Source of the DNA: Hydrogenophilales bacterium | GTDB lineage: Bacteria > Pseudomonadota > Gammaproteobacteria > Burkholderiales > Thiobacillaceae | Direction: 5' to 3' | DNA: 64,000 nucleotides | Assembly (NCBI GenBank): GCA_024636775.1 | Contig: JAGXGP010000108.1 | Span: 3,282-67,281, forward strand | Notes under the pieces: model-generated | Databases searched by the model: none | Told to the model about the DNA's origin: nothing | The model's input: the letters and a program-made list of their open reading frames with translations, nothing else | Translations under genes and position numbers: made by a program | Shown: piece by piece, positions 63,953 to 64,000 of the stretch | Position numbering within the stretch: position 1 is the stretch's first letter | Layout: each line of letters begins with the position of its first letter

Positions 63953-64000
63953 ATGAAAATCTCCGCCGCCCTTGCGCTGGCCGCCATGATCGGCTCCGGC
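63953..64000 (+). CDS. Start of a secreted protein (3' truncated)
   Basis: AAGGAG RBS; MKISAALALAAMIGSG. Confidence 0.6.
   Translation, partial: MKISAALALAAMIGSG

Overview
GC-rich betaproteobacterial chromosome segment; the gene content is Thiobacillus/Nitrosomonadales-like (inference). (1) ~0.8-17.2 kb is a defence island. It carries an Mrr-type nuclease/SF2 helicase with nine tandem ~68-aa helicase-associated (HA) repeats, a five-gene paired-GTPase conflict operon (metallophosphoesterase, GASH-like protein, two GTPases, GAP1-like protein), an MmeI-like Type IIG/IIL R-M enzyme and a KAP-like NTPase. The spacers between these genes hold a family of ~30-bp quasi-palindromic boxes, including a ~150-bp composite inverted repeat around the R-M/NTPase pair. 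(2) tRNA-Ala(CGC) is followed by a 5.6-kb integrative element with a tyrosine integrase, an IncP-like oriT, VirB5, VirB6 and a lipoprotein but no relaxase. Its distal tRNA fragment does not match the intact tRNA. (3) A PEP-CTERM gene and a GGDEF-EAL gene. (4) A ~19-kb xanthomonadin/aryl-polyene-like cluster with a chorismatase and a halogenase-like gene. (5) Core genes: rfbBDAC, gltBD, a GlrK/QseG/GlrR-like system with predicted sigma54 targets, a FadL-like transporter and small secreted proteins. No CRISPR array or rRNA was seen. All family assignments come from motif recognition; no database searches were run.
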